Below, in pieces: positions 1 to 14,700 of a stretch of 64,000 bases of DNA. Position 1 is the first letter of the stretch. Every line of letters begins with the position of its first letter. This DNA comes from Antedon mediterranea. Its lineage: Eukaryota > Animalia > Echinodermata. The stretch covers positions 8,370,001 through 8,434,000 of the forward strand of contig NC_092674.1 in assembly GCF_964355755.1 (NCBI RefSeq). Direction: 5' to 3'. Below the pieces are notes generated by a model, which ran no database searches, had not been told where the DNA came from, and saw nothing but the letters and a program-made list of their open reading frames with translations. The position numbers and the translations under genes were made by a program.

Positions 1-1824
1 AGATGAGATTATAATTGGCAAAGGCCTACCAAAGTACATGGTTTAAGAAAAACTTATATATTGATTGATTGAATCGGGCATCATTTATATACTGTAAGCA
101 AGGCTTTAAAATGTGATGTCCTATGTAACAATTAAAAATTGGAAAACAAAAATTTACATTAAAAATCTCAATCTAATGTTTTATATTCTAATGTTGGCGG
201 AGGCCATAACAAATTGTCTTGCCATACAACATGACCATAAAACATTCCTATTTTCCTATCTAAATAAACAATTTTTCATTCTCTACAAATAAACTAAACT
301 GGCCTCTTTTGGTATCAGTAAGTTACTGGGTCACCGTATACAGTATGTACAATTGAGACAGTATGACAGAATGTCATTAAATGTATTTTCCAATTTATCA
401 ATTTGAATACATTGTCACCTTTTGACAGGTGAAATATGTATAGTGCAAAATTTTCTGTAAATAATGTTCATTGTTTGGTTGACATCTCCAATTGTCTTTA
501 CATCTTCTTTTTTCCTTTCATAATTCAGTCACAGCTGAGTGATTTGAGCCAATTTTCTTTTGTCTTATGGGCCAATGCCAAGTTTTCAAACTGTCTATTT
601 TAATCCCACTGATTATCAACACATTGTCTTATCCTAGGCCTAGTTTAACTTATTGATAATTTCCCCTCATTATATTATATTCATCATAACTCGGTCACAG
701 GTGAATTTTGTAGGCCTACAAATGCCAAGCTTTGATTATTTTGTCATTGCAGTATTCTCAGCTGCTGTGGTTGCAATACCTGTGTCTTTACCACCAAGAT
801 TTTTCTTAGTAATATTTTGTCTGTTTTGTCATCCGTGTCACAGGATGTGGAATTTTACACATCATGTCAAAAAACCATTGTTGGATTTGATCTATGAACT
901 CATCTTCTCAACTCAAGTTACATTGGATCATTATTCTAACATCTGCCTAACATTATGATGTGTACAAATAAACACTCCAGTGTGATGTTTTTTTTTTTAC
1001 TGTTTATTTGTGAATGAAATCCAGAAGAAACTTAATTAATTACTGTCACAGGTTCACACACAAAACATCACGAGTAAGTTAATCATGATCAACTCTGAAT
1101 GTGAATGTAAAAATGAATATCTATTATTCCAAACTCACAGCTGTAAAAATTGGAATAATTTTGTAGTTTTATTAAAAACTTTCATTCTTTATTACTATTC
1201 AGGAAATTTACATTAGGTCAGCTTCCTTCCTGAGTAATTCATGTCAATTTAATAAGGTTTTAAGGATACATAACTGTACTAAACTTTTATTAGAAAATTT
1301 ACCAGATACAAAACTTACATATTTTCTATAGCAGAGCATACACTTATTAAATAATCTTAATCTATTATAAATAAATATTTCTATGCATTTATTTATAAGC
1401 ACACTTTTTTTATTCTTGGTGAAATTCAAAATTTATTGTAAAGAATAGCTGTGAAAAAGTACATTTTTATTAAATTTATATCATCTATTTATTAAAGATG
1501 TATGGTATTGTCACCAAAAAGAATGAAAATATGGAAATTAATAAAATCAGATTTCACTACTACTTCTGTAGAAAAATTAAGCGAAAAAAAATAATCCATG
1601 TCACTTAAAAAGACAAAATAAATTGTTAAATTCAACCAAAAACTTGTTTCCTTTCAATTACAGTTTTTTCAGGTAAACAATTGTTTTTTTCCATCTTGTT
1701 TTTGATCAAAGTAAACAAATATGTGACATTAAAATAGCATATAACAAAATCGTCAATAAAAAAAATGTTTATAGGCCTATTGTTAAAACAATAAACATAT
1801 ATTTTTTAAATGTGTGTTTCTTAC

Positions 1825-2462
1825 CACTTGCAGCAACCAAGCGTAATTCCTCCATGTAGCACAGAGACCAATGATTCCTGAGGCGAACATAAAGACGCCG
1901 GTACCAATTAAGGCGTACGGAACTTTAGAATAATCTGACGTGGATAACGCCAAGTACATCTTAAGTTCTATTACGCCCCATAGGCCGATTACTAGCATTG
2001 TTAATCCCATAATCTGAACAAAGATAAAATATTAATAATGTTTAAAAAAAAGGAAATATTATATAGTCACAGAAATCTTGTGTTATAAGGCATTGAAAAT
2101 TGAATTATTCAGAAAAAAATTTTAGAAATTGAAAAAAGAAATTAATTCTATTAATTAATGTGATCGTAATTATCATAATTTAATGGTATTTTATTTCAAT
2201 TCTGAGCAAATCCCTGTTTTCTACAATAAAATTATGTGGTTTATTATTCGACCTCCATCAGTTGAACCTGAGATGCTACGTTGCACAAGAAGACGGGAAG
2301 CACTCACAAAGTTAAGACAACGTCAACCAACGAACTTAACTCGGGTTCGCTTCCGATCAAAAAAAAAATTATCATATTTCTTACCATAAAAACTAGTGTA
2401 AAGAAAGTCAAGAGCAGCTGCACCAAAGTCATGGTGGCCGTGGTTTGCATTCGCTTCCCCAT
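1825..2462 (-). CDS. Tetraspanin, TSPAN6/7-like (first two coding exons; rest of gene lies left of the window)
   Basis: Exons 2385-2462 (MGKRMQTTATMTLVQLLLTFFTLVFM) and 1825-2013 (189 nt, IMGLTMLVIGLWGVIELKMYLALS...VPYALIGTGVFMFASGIIGLCATWRNYAWLLQV), both with GTAAG donors. TM1-TM2 layout and N-terminus resemble TSPAN7 (recalled, not searched). Confidence 0.85.
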
Positions 2463-2469
2463 GGTGTAA

Positions 2470-2801
2470 AAACTTCTCTTGAAACAATGGACTTTAAAAC
2501 TTTAATACAATGAAAAAGCAAACAAAAATCCCGACTTTTCACTCTCCAGTTGTCACCAATTCTTTTATTGGTTATGCTTGACTGAGTTTGCGTACTTAAT
2601 AATAGAGGGCGATATACAATTTCAATTAAACTCTTGACAAAATACAGAGGGCGGTATTGCAGATATATCTATCGGAGATCGGAGATCAGTGAGGCGTTTC
2701 ATGTAGCATGTTTCTTGTACACCCAGTATTCAATGTGTTATTGTTGTGTTGACTTTTACTGTTTTAATCATCATTCAGCCAATATTTGAAGCAAATGTAA
2801 T
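2470..2801. promoter_or_regulatory. Probable bidirectional promoter of tetraspanin and TMLHE, with a candidate non-coding TMLHE exon 1
   Basis: Head-to-head genes. AGAGGGCG motifs at 2603-2611 and 2645-2654. GTAAGT donor at 2802 and an AG acceptor at 3259-3260 just upstream of the TMLHE ATG. Confidence 0.5.
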
Positions 2802-3285
2802 GTAAGTATGTTATGTATATATTGAGTGAAAAATTGAATTATTGTTAACCATACTACTAACAACAAAAATGAAAAATTAGAGACAGTTCTCCAAGGCTAC
2901 AGAGACAGTTCTCGAAGGGGGAATACAATTTAAAAGTCAGTGTCACTGTCAGCCAGCAGAAATACATCCTTCCAGGGTCCTAAAAACAACAAAATGATTA
3001 GCTAAACTGTAGGATAATATATTTTTTATTGCGAATTTTTTTCTAAATAAACACACCAGTGAGTCCTTTCAATTCATCAACCTCTGTGCAATGTTGTATT
3101 GAATTGCAGATGACTTGTAATCTATTTGATAGATTAATTAACCTGTTATTAATATTATTATTGATTGACAGAATTGGACACAGTTGTGGACATGCCCATT
3201 GTTGTGTAATGACATGTTCTAATCGTGATGTTTAATCCAGTGTTTACTTGTACTTTCTAGTTTTCAGTTATCAGTTGTGACAAAG

Positions 3286-6200
3286 ATGAACAATATCTGC
3301 AGAACTAGAGTGCTATCTGCCCTAATCAGCACTTTACAGACAACTAAAAATAAACTTGGCAAAGTTTATTTTTCAAGCAGATCTACGTTTAAATTGACAA
3401 ATACGAATCTCAACCAGATACATGTTCTTAGACAATCTTCTACAGGTTTTAGTGCTGTTAAAGATCAACTCTGCGCACAACATGAGGATTATCTGGAGCT
3501 TCCTGTAGAGAGCGCTGTGCCACTAAAGATTCCGTATGTTTGGCTACGAGATCATTGCAGGTACAACATTTTTAAATGACATCATTTAATATCCAATCAG
3601 CGATGATTTCTTTTCTATATTATTCCGAGTGTTTCAATCATTGTACTTTAAAAGTTTTGATAGACCGTAAATATTGGATTTTAAAAGATAGCGCTAGGTG
3701 GTCATTGTTTTAAGATTTAAACCCTAAGAAAGATTTAAAAAGAAAATTAGAAATTGTAAAAGTTATAATTGGATTAAATTGGATTACTACTCAATTATTT
3801 AAAGTGCAAGCAAAGTCAATAAATTTATTTAAAGCTAGGATTCTATAAATTTGGTCTGACCACCACCTTATAGCTCCGTCTACACTATCAACCTAGTTTG
3901 ACAAAAAAATGTGTGATGTGCCCATATAATGGTAGTGATATGACATCATCATGTCCATATATGGGCACATCGCATTTTGTTGTCACATAAAGTTTGATAG
4001 TGTAGACAGGGCTTTAGTTTTGCCCTATTAATATGAAGAATTTTCAGTTTAAATGACATCGAACGGGACAAATCAAGCTTAGTTCTCAAGTCCTAATACC
4101 TTCAAGAAAACATCTAAATAATGTGTTTTTATCTCTTTGACTGCAGATGTTCAGAATGCTACAATCAGAAAACAAATCAACGTCTGTTTGATTCATTTGT
4201 TATTGATGTTGATGAAGCTCCAGTCAGTGTTGAAAGTTATGATGACAAAATCAAACTTACATGTAAGATGTTCTTTAAATTATAATTATGTTAATAACAG
4301 TGGTGGATCCAGGATTTTTTTAATAAGGTTGGGGGGGGGGGGGGGAGAGGGACATGGCCTAAAAGTAGTGAAATGAAGTGCATAACATAATTTGATGTCC
4401 TATCTTTTTGCATTTCAATTTGTGAATTTTAGAGGGGGCTGGGCTGACTGGAAACCAGTTGAGCCACTACATACTTGTGTATAATTAAGCTGCTTCATTT
4501 ATTTCTTTTCCACTCATGCAGGGAAAGACACCCATGTAACCACCTATAACTTATCTTGGTTGAAGCAAAATTCACCAGGTTCCAATCTTCAAGATAGTGT
4601 GAAGAAAGTGTTATGGAATGGTGAAAAAATCCAAAAAGAAATGCCAGACGATGTGCCATATAAGGACTTTATGAATAATGATGAATCACTTAAAGAAGTG
4701 CTCATGAATATTCATAAGTATGGTTTTGGAATTGTTGGAGAGTGCCCACCTACTGAGGAAAAAACAGTGGTAAGTATACTTGGAACTTTCCTATTATTCA
4801 GTTTCAGTTTCAGTTTATTTTTCATTTCAATTTATGAACATAAGATAAACAACTTATATGGATTATTGAATACCTGCATGGAATAAATTGTCTGAAACTG
4901 ATAGAGATAGTCTTTCGGTAGGACACATCTTTGCCTGTTTTCCTGTCGACGTAACGTTACGGCGAGTTGCTTTGAATTTTTAAAGTTGAAAATTAGTTTG
5001 ACTTACACTTGTTATTTTGAAATATCAGACCTTAAAAGTGTACAAAAAAGGTTAAAAACATCGTCGGGTTGTAAAATTTCAAGAATCGTCAGCGTGTACC
5101 TATATTTTCACAAACTGCAATGACCACATTTGTTAATCATTTGATTGGTCAGTTTTAACGATCGTAACCTTGAAGTTGAACTCGGTTCAACTTTAACGAT
5201 TGCAGATTTCAACGATTTTTAACATTGATTTTTACCCCGGCCCTTTTCCAGTAAAAAAGCCTTTCTACCACAGCACTGATTTAATTTGTTCGGTTTGTGG
5301 ACATGTGCAAGTGCCTGTTATGCCTGATTGATTTTGTGGTGCCATTTAGTACCATCAAAACCTATTAGTTTAACATGTAGCAATTATATACAAATATCAT
5401 TTAATAGTATTTTACTATCAATTTGTAGGAATTGTCGGAACGAATAGGTCATGTCCGGCCTACATTTTTTGGAAAATCCTGGGGTTTCACAGATAATGAA
5501 GTTTTTGACGATACTGCCTACACAAGTGATGCTATAGGTCCACACAATGATAATACATATCTGCTTGAAGCTAGTGGGTAAGCATAGAATTTTACTATTA
5601 TTTCTCTGAGATTCCTTGGTAAATCATATTTTTTTTGCATGAAATCTTTTTTCACCATAGATTTATTTTAAAAAATAGATTATTAACTCCATTGAAATAC
5701 AAGCTAACAAGTAAGCCACCGTGGGAAAGGTGTCATCGGATATGACTGTTTCAATCATCATCTAATCAGACACTGGTGTTTGTAAGACACGCCAATGAAT
5801 TAAACTCTGTCTACACTATCAAACTAGTTCAACAAAAGTGTGTTATGCCCAAATATGGTAGTGATATGACATCATCCCCATATATGGGCACATCACATTT
5901 TTTTTTCACATTAACTTTAGTCTTAGGTGCTTGAAAAGAGGAGAAAAAAAAACTGTGACAGACCTTTGACCTGAAAGAATTCTGGGAATGTTAAGCAAGC
6001 TATAGTCGCACAAGATTTAATGTTCAAAAATCTCTGTTTCTGTTTTGCAGTATTCAAGTGTTTCATATCCTTCATCATGATGGGGAGGGAGGTGAAAATC
6101 TTCTGGTTGATGGCTTCAATGCTGCCAGCATTCTTAAACTTAAACATCCTGATTATTATGAAGCTTTGGCTCGAATCCCGATACGAGCTGAATATATTGG

Positions 6201-7184
6201 AGATGGTCACGAAGTTATAAGTATTATTAATCTGATTCAAGAAAATAAAATCACAAAAGAGATTGATGCTTTTAGGTGAATTCAAATTTGTATATTTACC
6301 AAACAAATAGTTTTTTAGTGTTTTTTTATATTTTGTATCGCATTATTTTTTTTCAATTTTAACAATTGAAAGTATCGTACTGTATTACATTTTTTATGCT
6401 CAGCTTTTTGGGAAAAAATGGAGAATTTTTTTTGATGCGGTAAGCTAGTGAATATTACGCTTTATTGAGTATAACAGTCAATTACTTCCCATACAACTCA
6501 TGTATTCATTACTTTTATATTAGTAAATGATAATAAATTGAATGACATATATTTTTAATTGCTTATTTGATGTTGAGAACCAAAACACTTTTATATTTAA
6601 TGAAAACTTCCAGTTACAATAATTCTCCAAAAACAACTCTTTAATTTGAAATGTTGCCCTGCTTTTGCCTAAAGCTCTGACTACACTATCAAACTAGTTT
6701 GACAAAAAAAGTGTGATGTTCCCAAATATGGTAGGGATATGACGTATGTCACATATAGTTTGATAGTGTAGACAGAGCGTAATACTGAAATAATAATCTT
6801 GGTGCCAGCATTCATTTTGTCCAGGACCCTATATGTACACGGTCCCAGGAACCACAACCTGGACCTGGATAAAGTTGAATTTACCATTTATTTAATTTAT
6901 CTTATAGGTACAACCCTTTCGATCGAGCATTGCTTTCACACACCTCCTTTGAAGACACCAAACTATTCTACAAGGCACTTAAAGCTTTGTCTGCAGAAAT
7001 TAATTCACCACTGAATGAACTGAGGATGAAATTGACACCCGGCCGTGTGTTATTTGTTGACAACTGGAGAGTTCTTCATGGAAGAAATTCCTTTAATGGC
7101 AGCCGTGTCTTGGCTGGATGCTACCTTCCAAAAGACCAGTTGAACAGTCGTTTAAGAACTATTGCTGGTTTAAATATTTACTAA
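3286..7184 (+). CDS. TMLHE: Trimethyllysine dioxygenase, mitochondrial (carnitine biosynthesis; Fe/2OG dioxygenase)
   Basis: Exons 3286-3560, 4147-4262, 4522-4769, 5429-5577, 6051-6275, 6908-7184 join in frame (1290 nt, 429 aa). Motifs YVWLRDHCRCSECYNQKTNQR, HxD (GPHNDNTY), GGENLLVDGF and VLFVDNWRVLHGR. The basic, acid-free N-terminus looks like a mitochondrial presequence. Confidence 0.92.
3872..4013. mobile_element. MITE family A (PIF/Harbinger-type; TIR AGCTCTGTCTACACTATCAAACT)
   Basis: Terminal inverted repeats and the shared core ATATGGTAGTGATATGACATCATC; many sibling copies in the window. Confidence 0.85.
5803..5920. mobile_element. MITE family A, right end truncated
   Basis: Left TIR and core present; right TIR eroded. 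Confidence 0.75.
6673..6779. mobile_element. MITE family A, internally deleted
   Basis: Both TIRs present, with TAA on both sides (3-bp TSD). Confidence 0.85.
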
Positions 7185-8756
7185 GTTTGGCACAATCAAA
7201 AAGAAATAATTAGGAGTCTTGCGGTTTGCGATGACCTACGACCTACTACGTCAAGTTAATTCATTATACACATGCATGGATGTTGCTTCTTCGCTTTATA
7301 CCATGGCACAGTTTTCTTAATTTTTAGGTCTCTGCTTAAAGTCTATTTTTAGACTTATTTTGACCACCATCCACATTTATACTTAATTATTTATAAAAGA
7401 AATATATTATGTATTATTTGTGGAAATCAATAAAACAACAAACAAACAAACAATTGACACGACCTAACTAGTTCCTAGGTCGTCTACCGTTGCCAATCAA
7501 AATCTCTATTTATTATGACAATATATTTGATAAAAGAGTACTTCCCAGGTTTTACTATATCTGTTAATATGAAATTATAAATCTAAGAATTTATTTTATT
7601 TTTTATATATTCACTATAAAAATATCCATCACAAAGACTAAAATAATTAATAAAAAGATAATTAATCCAATAACAATTAAATTGATATTACAATTTAATT
7701 AAATTTTTATTTTTACCATAAAAAAAACAAAACACCTGTTGATTTCCAACTACAGTATATTTTTTCAATTTACAATTATTTTACACTTGTACAATATTTT
7801 AATTTATAGTTTTATGTGGTAGATATTTATTTCTAATGAATAATAAATATATTAGTACAGGATACTGTATAAAGGAATTATTACACTGTTCTTTCCTAAA
7901 TTATTATTGTTTGTGGTATTATTTTATGATATATAATACATATAATTTATGAAAATAGAAAAATACTGTATATAATTTTATTGGGTAATTACTTATGTAC
8001 TATACTACTTAATTGGTGATTTTAAATGAATGCACTGGTGACATTAATAGTTATAGGCCATAATATTGTTATGATTTGACAAATTTATTTTATATTCTAC
8101 AATATACAGTTAACTCTCCAGAAATCTGAATTCCTGAAAATTAAATTAAAACCCAAACTTTTCCCAACAGTAATACAGTAATATTTTTCCTACTGTGTAA
8201 AATGCATTCTAAAAACAGTACTTTCCAGAAAGTATTTTGGGCCAACGAAAAGGCGTCTGGAAGAGTTGTATATGTTGCCAATTATTCTTTAGAGGTTTAT
8301 ATTCAGTGTTCCCAACAAATTTGAAACTTGGTCAGTACTATACGGTAAGCATGACGGAATATAATATGTATTTAAAGGTTTTAATAAAATAAATGGATAT
8401 GGACCATTTTTTTGCAACTCTGGAACGTATTATTCGATACATATGTACCAAGGACAAAATAAAAAAAACGTGTAAAATTGTTTTATATTATTTTTGTCTT
8501 GTCCGACATAAAACCCACCGATATTTGATAAAAGCATGTACAATATGTTTAATACCTATGGATAGAAGACACTTTAGGCGTTCCATATTCACCATCAACA
8601 TGTTTTGGTTTGCCGCCCTCTATAGTGTGTCGCGAGCGAAGCAAAATAAAATGAAAGAGCGGTTTATATTGGAGTGTTGTTAGAGTTTCACTGTTCCAAA
8701 AAACTGTTTTTATTATGATTTTTAAGATTAGTATACCTAGGTTTGTATAGTTTAAT

Positions 8757-11700
8757 ATGGATAGACATCTGTGGGAAAGAGCCGTTCATTTTCATGGCGC
8801 AGATCTAAAGGAACTCGTGCAAAATGAACAAGGAACTTTCCCAGGTCAGCAAGAAGGCCCATCATCAGCATCATCATGTGTTGCATTTGTCGGGGAAGAA
8901 CCGCAACTCCAACCAGCAACAGTTGGCCCATGTGTAGGGCTAGCCTCAAGTGCAGAACCGCCGGCGTCTGAATTAAGTGGAACAAGTGACGTATCTGCGC
9001 GGTAAGTTTGAGCAGGGGTCATCTACAGGAATCTATAATTTGTGAATAAATTAAATGTTGACATAATATTTTTTTTTGCAGAAAATTTTCTGAGAAAATG
9101 AAATTGTTCATTGCTAAAAAGGCTGATATGCTTTTTAAGAGTGAAGATTTAGTTTGCTGCGAACCATCGAATACAATTTTAGACGACAACCATTACGCAG
9201 TTTTACCGCCACTTGAACAATTCATGAAGACGCCAAGTAAAGAAAATCATGAGAGAACTTTCAGTATCATAGCGGTAAATGATGTAATGATTGGCCGCAT
9301 CTTAACACTTAAAGACTTTGGCTTATTTGTACGTCTACTTTGCTTCTGCGGTGAAAAAGAAAGATGGTTTGGCAATATCAATGCAGTAGCTTTTCTGCCA
9401 GTTGCAGAACTTTGTGATCGTTACTCCAAGAGTGTCAAAGTTGAAGATTTTTCTGTAGGTGACCTGGTCAGATGTCAAGTGTTAAAACTTGTTCCAGATG
9501 CAAAGGTCATAGTGAGTTTGAAGACACAGGAAACGACCAACGGCGACCCGGATTTATTTTTGGTATAACGTTTTTATATTTTAACTAAATATTGTTCATA
9601 TGTCTACATTGACTTCTTTGTAATTGGTTTTTACTATACTTGGTATAAATTTATTTAAAAAAAATGTAAATCTCTTGTCGAGTTCAAACAAATGTATAAA
9701 CAGAGACATTGTTTTTAATGTATAAGTGAAGTCTTTTTTTTCCTTTTCTGAACTTTATTGTATCAATATTGCCTTGCATCTTAACTAAATTGTACACAAT
9801 ATGATTTAAAACACTTTTTTGATAAAAAAAAAAAACATGTAATTAATTATGTTATATATTATATTGTTGGAAATAAACATTATGAACATTTATTCAAGAA
9901 GGTCACCTCAACAAAGAAGCATAACATAAAATAAACATTTAAAAGTATTCAATTAAAACGGTTTTGTTGAGAGCCCCATAAATTCAGCCCACACTACACT
10001 GAAAAGGTCACATAGTGATCAATCAAATTATGGTCCTAAATATCTACCAATTTTATTTGAACAAATACACATTTCCCTACTATAAACATTGGAAATGAAT
10101 TGGTTTTAATAACTTAAAGTACTTTTTGCAGGGTTTGATAGAGGATTCGGATGTACCCGTCCATTACAGCAAAGGTCTTGAACTGGATGAAAGCTTCGAA
10201 AGTTATGACACCATACTATGCAACTCAACAGGATTTGACAACCCATATTCATTAAACAGTCTCCTTCCTATTCTGGGATTGCAAGGGAATGAGTTCTCGT
10301 CACTAATGAGAGGCCTACAAAAGTAATGTTGAAAAAGTATTTTGTTTTAAATACAATAGAACCCCTCCTTTGAGACACCTCTATTCAAAGGACACCCCAG
10401 TTATGAAGAGGACACTTTTTTGGGTCCCAAAGCTGTCCACCTAATAGAGGTTCTACTGTATCGATAATCAAGAGTAATAATATATCTTGTGTACAATTGT
10501 TTTAGTTAAAAGAATGTCGTCTTTCACAAAGTTTTGACTGTGTCTGAATTTTTTTTTTTTTATGAAATTCTTTTTTTTTTTTAGGTCTGCTTTTGACAAA
10601 TCTGAACTAGCAGAAGGATTGAATTCTGTACAGTCAAGTAAATGGTCTATGGAAATGTAAGTAGGCTGTAATAAGTTTATATCATATTTCTCGGGTACTG
10701 GACATAAACCAAGCAACATTGCAAGGCACAATTACATTTTATTCTCACTTTTTCTCACAATTCTTAAAGGGCATCAATCTGTTTTATTGTAGTGTTACTA
10801 AAAATAACCAAATTCTTCGATTCTATTTACTAAATTCAGTGTGGCTAAGGGAGTGTTGCTATTCAAATCAGGTGATTACATGCAAGCGGTGTCAAAGTTC
10901 GACAAGGCACTTCAGATGTATCCTAAAAACATAGAAGCACTGGTAGCCAGAGGAGCACTGTAAGTAAACACACTATAAATATATACAGTCATTATGGTAT
11001 AAGAATACATACAGTCTATTAATAACATTAAGTTGTTTTTTTGCACGAGCAACTGGTATTTATACTGGTATTTATAGTCAACTGCTGTTTACTAGACCAT
11101 GAAGGTTTTCGTCTATTTGCACCACATTTTCCATACTGTATCTCCACTGAATGTTAAGTACCATAAGCAAAGTCTGTAATACAGCATATTATTTAGTGCC
11201 TCTATCATGTTTAGGTTAGGCTTATAGCCTATCATACAGGAATCACATGTGACACCTGTATCATAGAATACAAATTATATAATCTTTTACTTTCTGTGTC
11301 TCAGCAAAATCAGGATGTTGTTAATAGTGTTAGTAGTAATTTGTAAAATTATATGAGCTATAGCCATTTATTGTTTACATTTTCCCCCTTCAGATATGCC
11401 AATCGTGGAAGCCTTAATAAAGCAATTGATGACTTTGAGAGCGCCCTCAAGTTAAATCCTGTTCACAGGAATGCTACTAAATACCTAACTGAGACTCTGT
11501 TGGAGAATGCTAGAGAGTAAGACATTTAGTTTTATGTAGTTAATAGTTTATTCACAGATTATAATTCATATTTAGAAAGCTATCAAGCAAAATGGAAGAA
11601 AACTATGGAATCGATTGTCAAATGAATTGAGGAACTGTGATACAATTATTGAAAATCAAATCTCAAAACAATTTGTCCACATCGTTTGACTGTTAAATTT

Positions 11701-14700
11701 CATATCTTGTATATTGCAGGTGAATGCACTTTTTGTAGTGTTGCACTATATAATACATCATATTGTAATTATTTACCTTTCTGAGCCATACTTTTGGTTG
11801 CTAGTGTCATATTAACGAAGCTTTCAAAAAATATATTTTCCATGTTGTACCAGGGTTTATAAATTCTCTGTAATACATTGTGTGTGTATGTGAGAGTGAA
11901 ATACCATATTTTGGGAAATTCCAAATATGATTCATTTCCTGAGCACCCCATACTTGTAATGTTGCCATTCAATTCTTCAGACTAGCAAATGACAAGGATA
12001 CTGATGGTGCAATCAAATGTTACCATAAAGTACTGGCAATAAACGAAAACAACACCGAAGCAAGAATCTGTTTGGAAAGAATATGCATAGACAAGATTAA
12101 GGCCTCGGTAAGTGTGTAAAAGTAATGCAAATGTGCACCTTGTATTGTGTGTTATTATATATATTATATTATTATTTTGACCCAAACGATGACAATCACT
12201 CACTGTCTTATAATTAGCATAGACAAATTTCTGAATCTGTTTTGTTGGTCAAAAGAAGCAAATTCTGACGTCAAACAGGAAGTTAACTAAAGCCCCATGG
12301 AACCCTCTACTAAAACTACCACTAGTCAATGTGTGGAGCTATTTGTGACCTTAAATTCATTTTATGACCCATCTTTCTGTATTTTAAAATCAAAATTGCC
12401 TATATTATGTGGAGCTAGTTTATTTAATTTTTAAGTGAAGACATAGTGAAGATAAATAAAAGAAAAAAGAAACTTTAGTTAGTTGTTACTGATTTAGCCT
12501 GTTTTGTCTTTTTCATGTCAAACTCATTGCTGATGCTGTATAATATAACTACTTGATGGGTATACCAATATCATTGTCTTTGATGTCACCTGTTGTGGAT
12601 TGCAACAATCATTAATTTCCAACCAATGATGGGTATTGTATTAAATATCAAACTTTCCAATCATTTTTCACACAAAAATATCAATCTGCATTTTTAATTT
12701 AATATTTTATAATTATTGAATTAATCATTTTCTGTCGCTATTATTTACTTTGCTTTTGCAAATCTATGGCATTCTAAACTGATCACTTACCATTTATTTT
12801 ATTTTACATTAATGACATTTTGCCAAAATACAATTTGAAAAATCAATAATTGGTTTTCTTCTCTATGATAAACTGATAAACATAACATTTAATCTTTCAA
12901 TTCTATATGGGTGTCTGACATCATACTAATCTTTTAAACATTGATTAACTTCATACTTTTTAAAAACTATTAAAACAAATTGGGTATTCTTATGATGTTT
13001 TTTTTCTAAATGAATGTTGTTTTTATGATGTCATTCTTTCCATGTGGGGTAGCAACCAAAATCAGCCAAGTCCCCACCACCAGACACAGTTCTGCCAAAG
13101 GCTTCCAGTGAGCGGGCTCTACAGAGGTTCATGATGGAGAAGTCAACAGGAGCCCTGAAAGAGTTTCTGAAGCATGATTTGTCACACAAGGACAAGTGAG
13201 TATTTTATTTGTGTACTATAAAGACCAAGGCAATCTAATGACAGGACACTGAGCTCGCCTTGCCAAGATAGGAACTCGTAACAGTCCTTTGATCTTATGT
13301 CTGCCTGCGACAATACCAACTGTACTGTACTAAGTACATATTCTCTTTGGAGCGCAGTGTCTGTTAAGGGGTGTGGAACTGATCATATCGCAGCCACAGA
13401 TAAACCCTTTGATCTCCGGAGCTCAGCATTATGTTGTTAGATTGCTTTGATAAGACATTATATATATATTTTGTTGGGATAAATATATTGATTTTTTCTG
13501 AATATAAATTAAATCAAATCTAAGCCATCGTGATAAAAATTGCCTGCTGAAAATACTACTGTACAACTACTAATTAATAAAAATATATATGTATATCTAA
13601 AAGTTAAACAAACTAGGGAGAATAGCTACTAATTGGTATTATTTTATTCTCAAACAGGATAAATAAACCAAGAAAAAAGAAAGCCTCTGCAAAAATGAAA
13701 CGACGTAGTAGATCACCTAAGAATAGTAAAAGAAATAAAGGCAAGAAAAGACGAACAAAAAGATATAGTTCTTCTAGCAGCTCTTCAAGTCCAAAAGGCA
13801 GACGAAGTTCAGTAAGATCACGCTCATCATCAATTAGTTCAGCGACATCTTCATCGTCATCATCATCAAGTGAAAGAAATAGTAGTAGACGAAAGCAATG
13901 GAAATCTAAAGAAAAGGAGAAACTATATAGTAGCTCAGAAGATGAAAAACGAGGGCGTAACAGTAGACGGAGATCAAATAACTCCAGAGATGAAGATAGA
14001 AAAGGGAGAAGTACTAAACAAGATAGAAGGAGTAACAGTAGGCGACGATCAAGTAACTTGAGTAATGATAGAGAAGAAGATAGAAAGAGAAGAAGTAGTG
14101 AAGATAGAAGGAGTAACAGTAGGCGACGATCAAGTAACTTGAGTAATGATAGAGAAGAAGATAGAAAGAGAAGAAGTAGTGAAGAAAGAAGGAATAAGAG
14201 TAGACGAAAATCAGATAACTCAAGAAATGAAAGTAGAGTGGAAGATAGAAAAAGGAGAATAAGTAAAGACCAAAGAAGAAGAAAAAGAAGCAGAAGTTCT
14301 TCTGGAAAAGAAAAGCGTTTGGGTAGAAGAAATTATGACAATTCACCACCAACACTTAAAAAACAAAAGAATTTAAAAGATAAACCAAGGAGAAAATCCA
14401 AAGAAATTGCATTTGAATGGGTAGTCAAAAATGATGATGCTGAAAAGAGTTCATCAAAGACCATTGCTATACCTGCAAGAAGAAGCAGATCCCGCTCATC
14501 TTCAGTGGAATTTATTTCAGAAATTTTCTTGGGAAAACTGAAGAAAGAAGATCTCGACAAACAGGAAGTAGAGCGAAGAAAAAAACAAATTCTTGAAGAC
14601 AAACTTAAAGAAGAACAAAGACAAAGAGAGTTATTAGAAAATCTTAACAAACAAGAACCATCAACATCTGGTAATTTGAATAGAGGTTTTGAAGATGATG

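Noticed and set aside
653-1429. Short ORFs at the window start
   Set aside because: No motifs; they lie in a tetraspanin intron of AT-rich DNA.
3286-7184. BBOX1 (gamma-butyrobetaine dioxygenase) assignment
   Set aside because: WLRDHCR, DNWRVLHGR with GCYL, and the presequence-like N-terminus fit TMLHE better.
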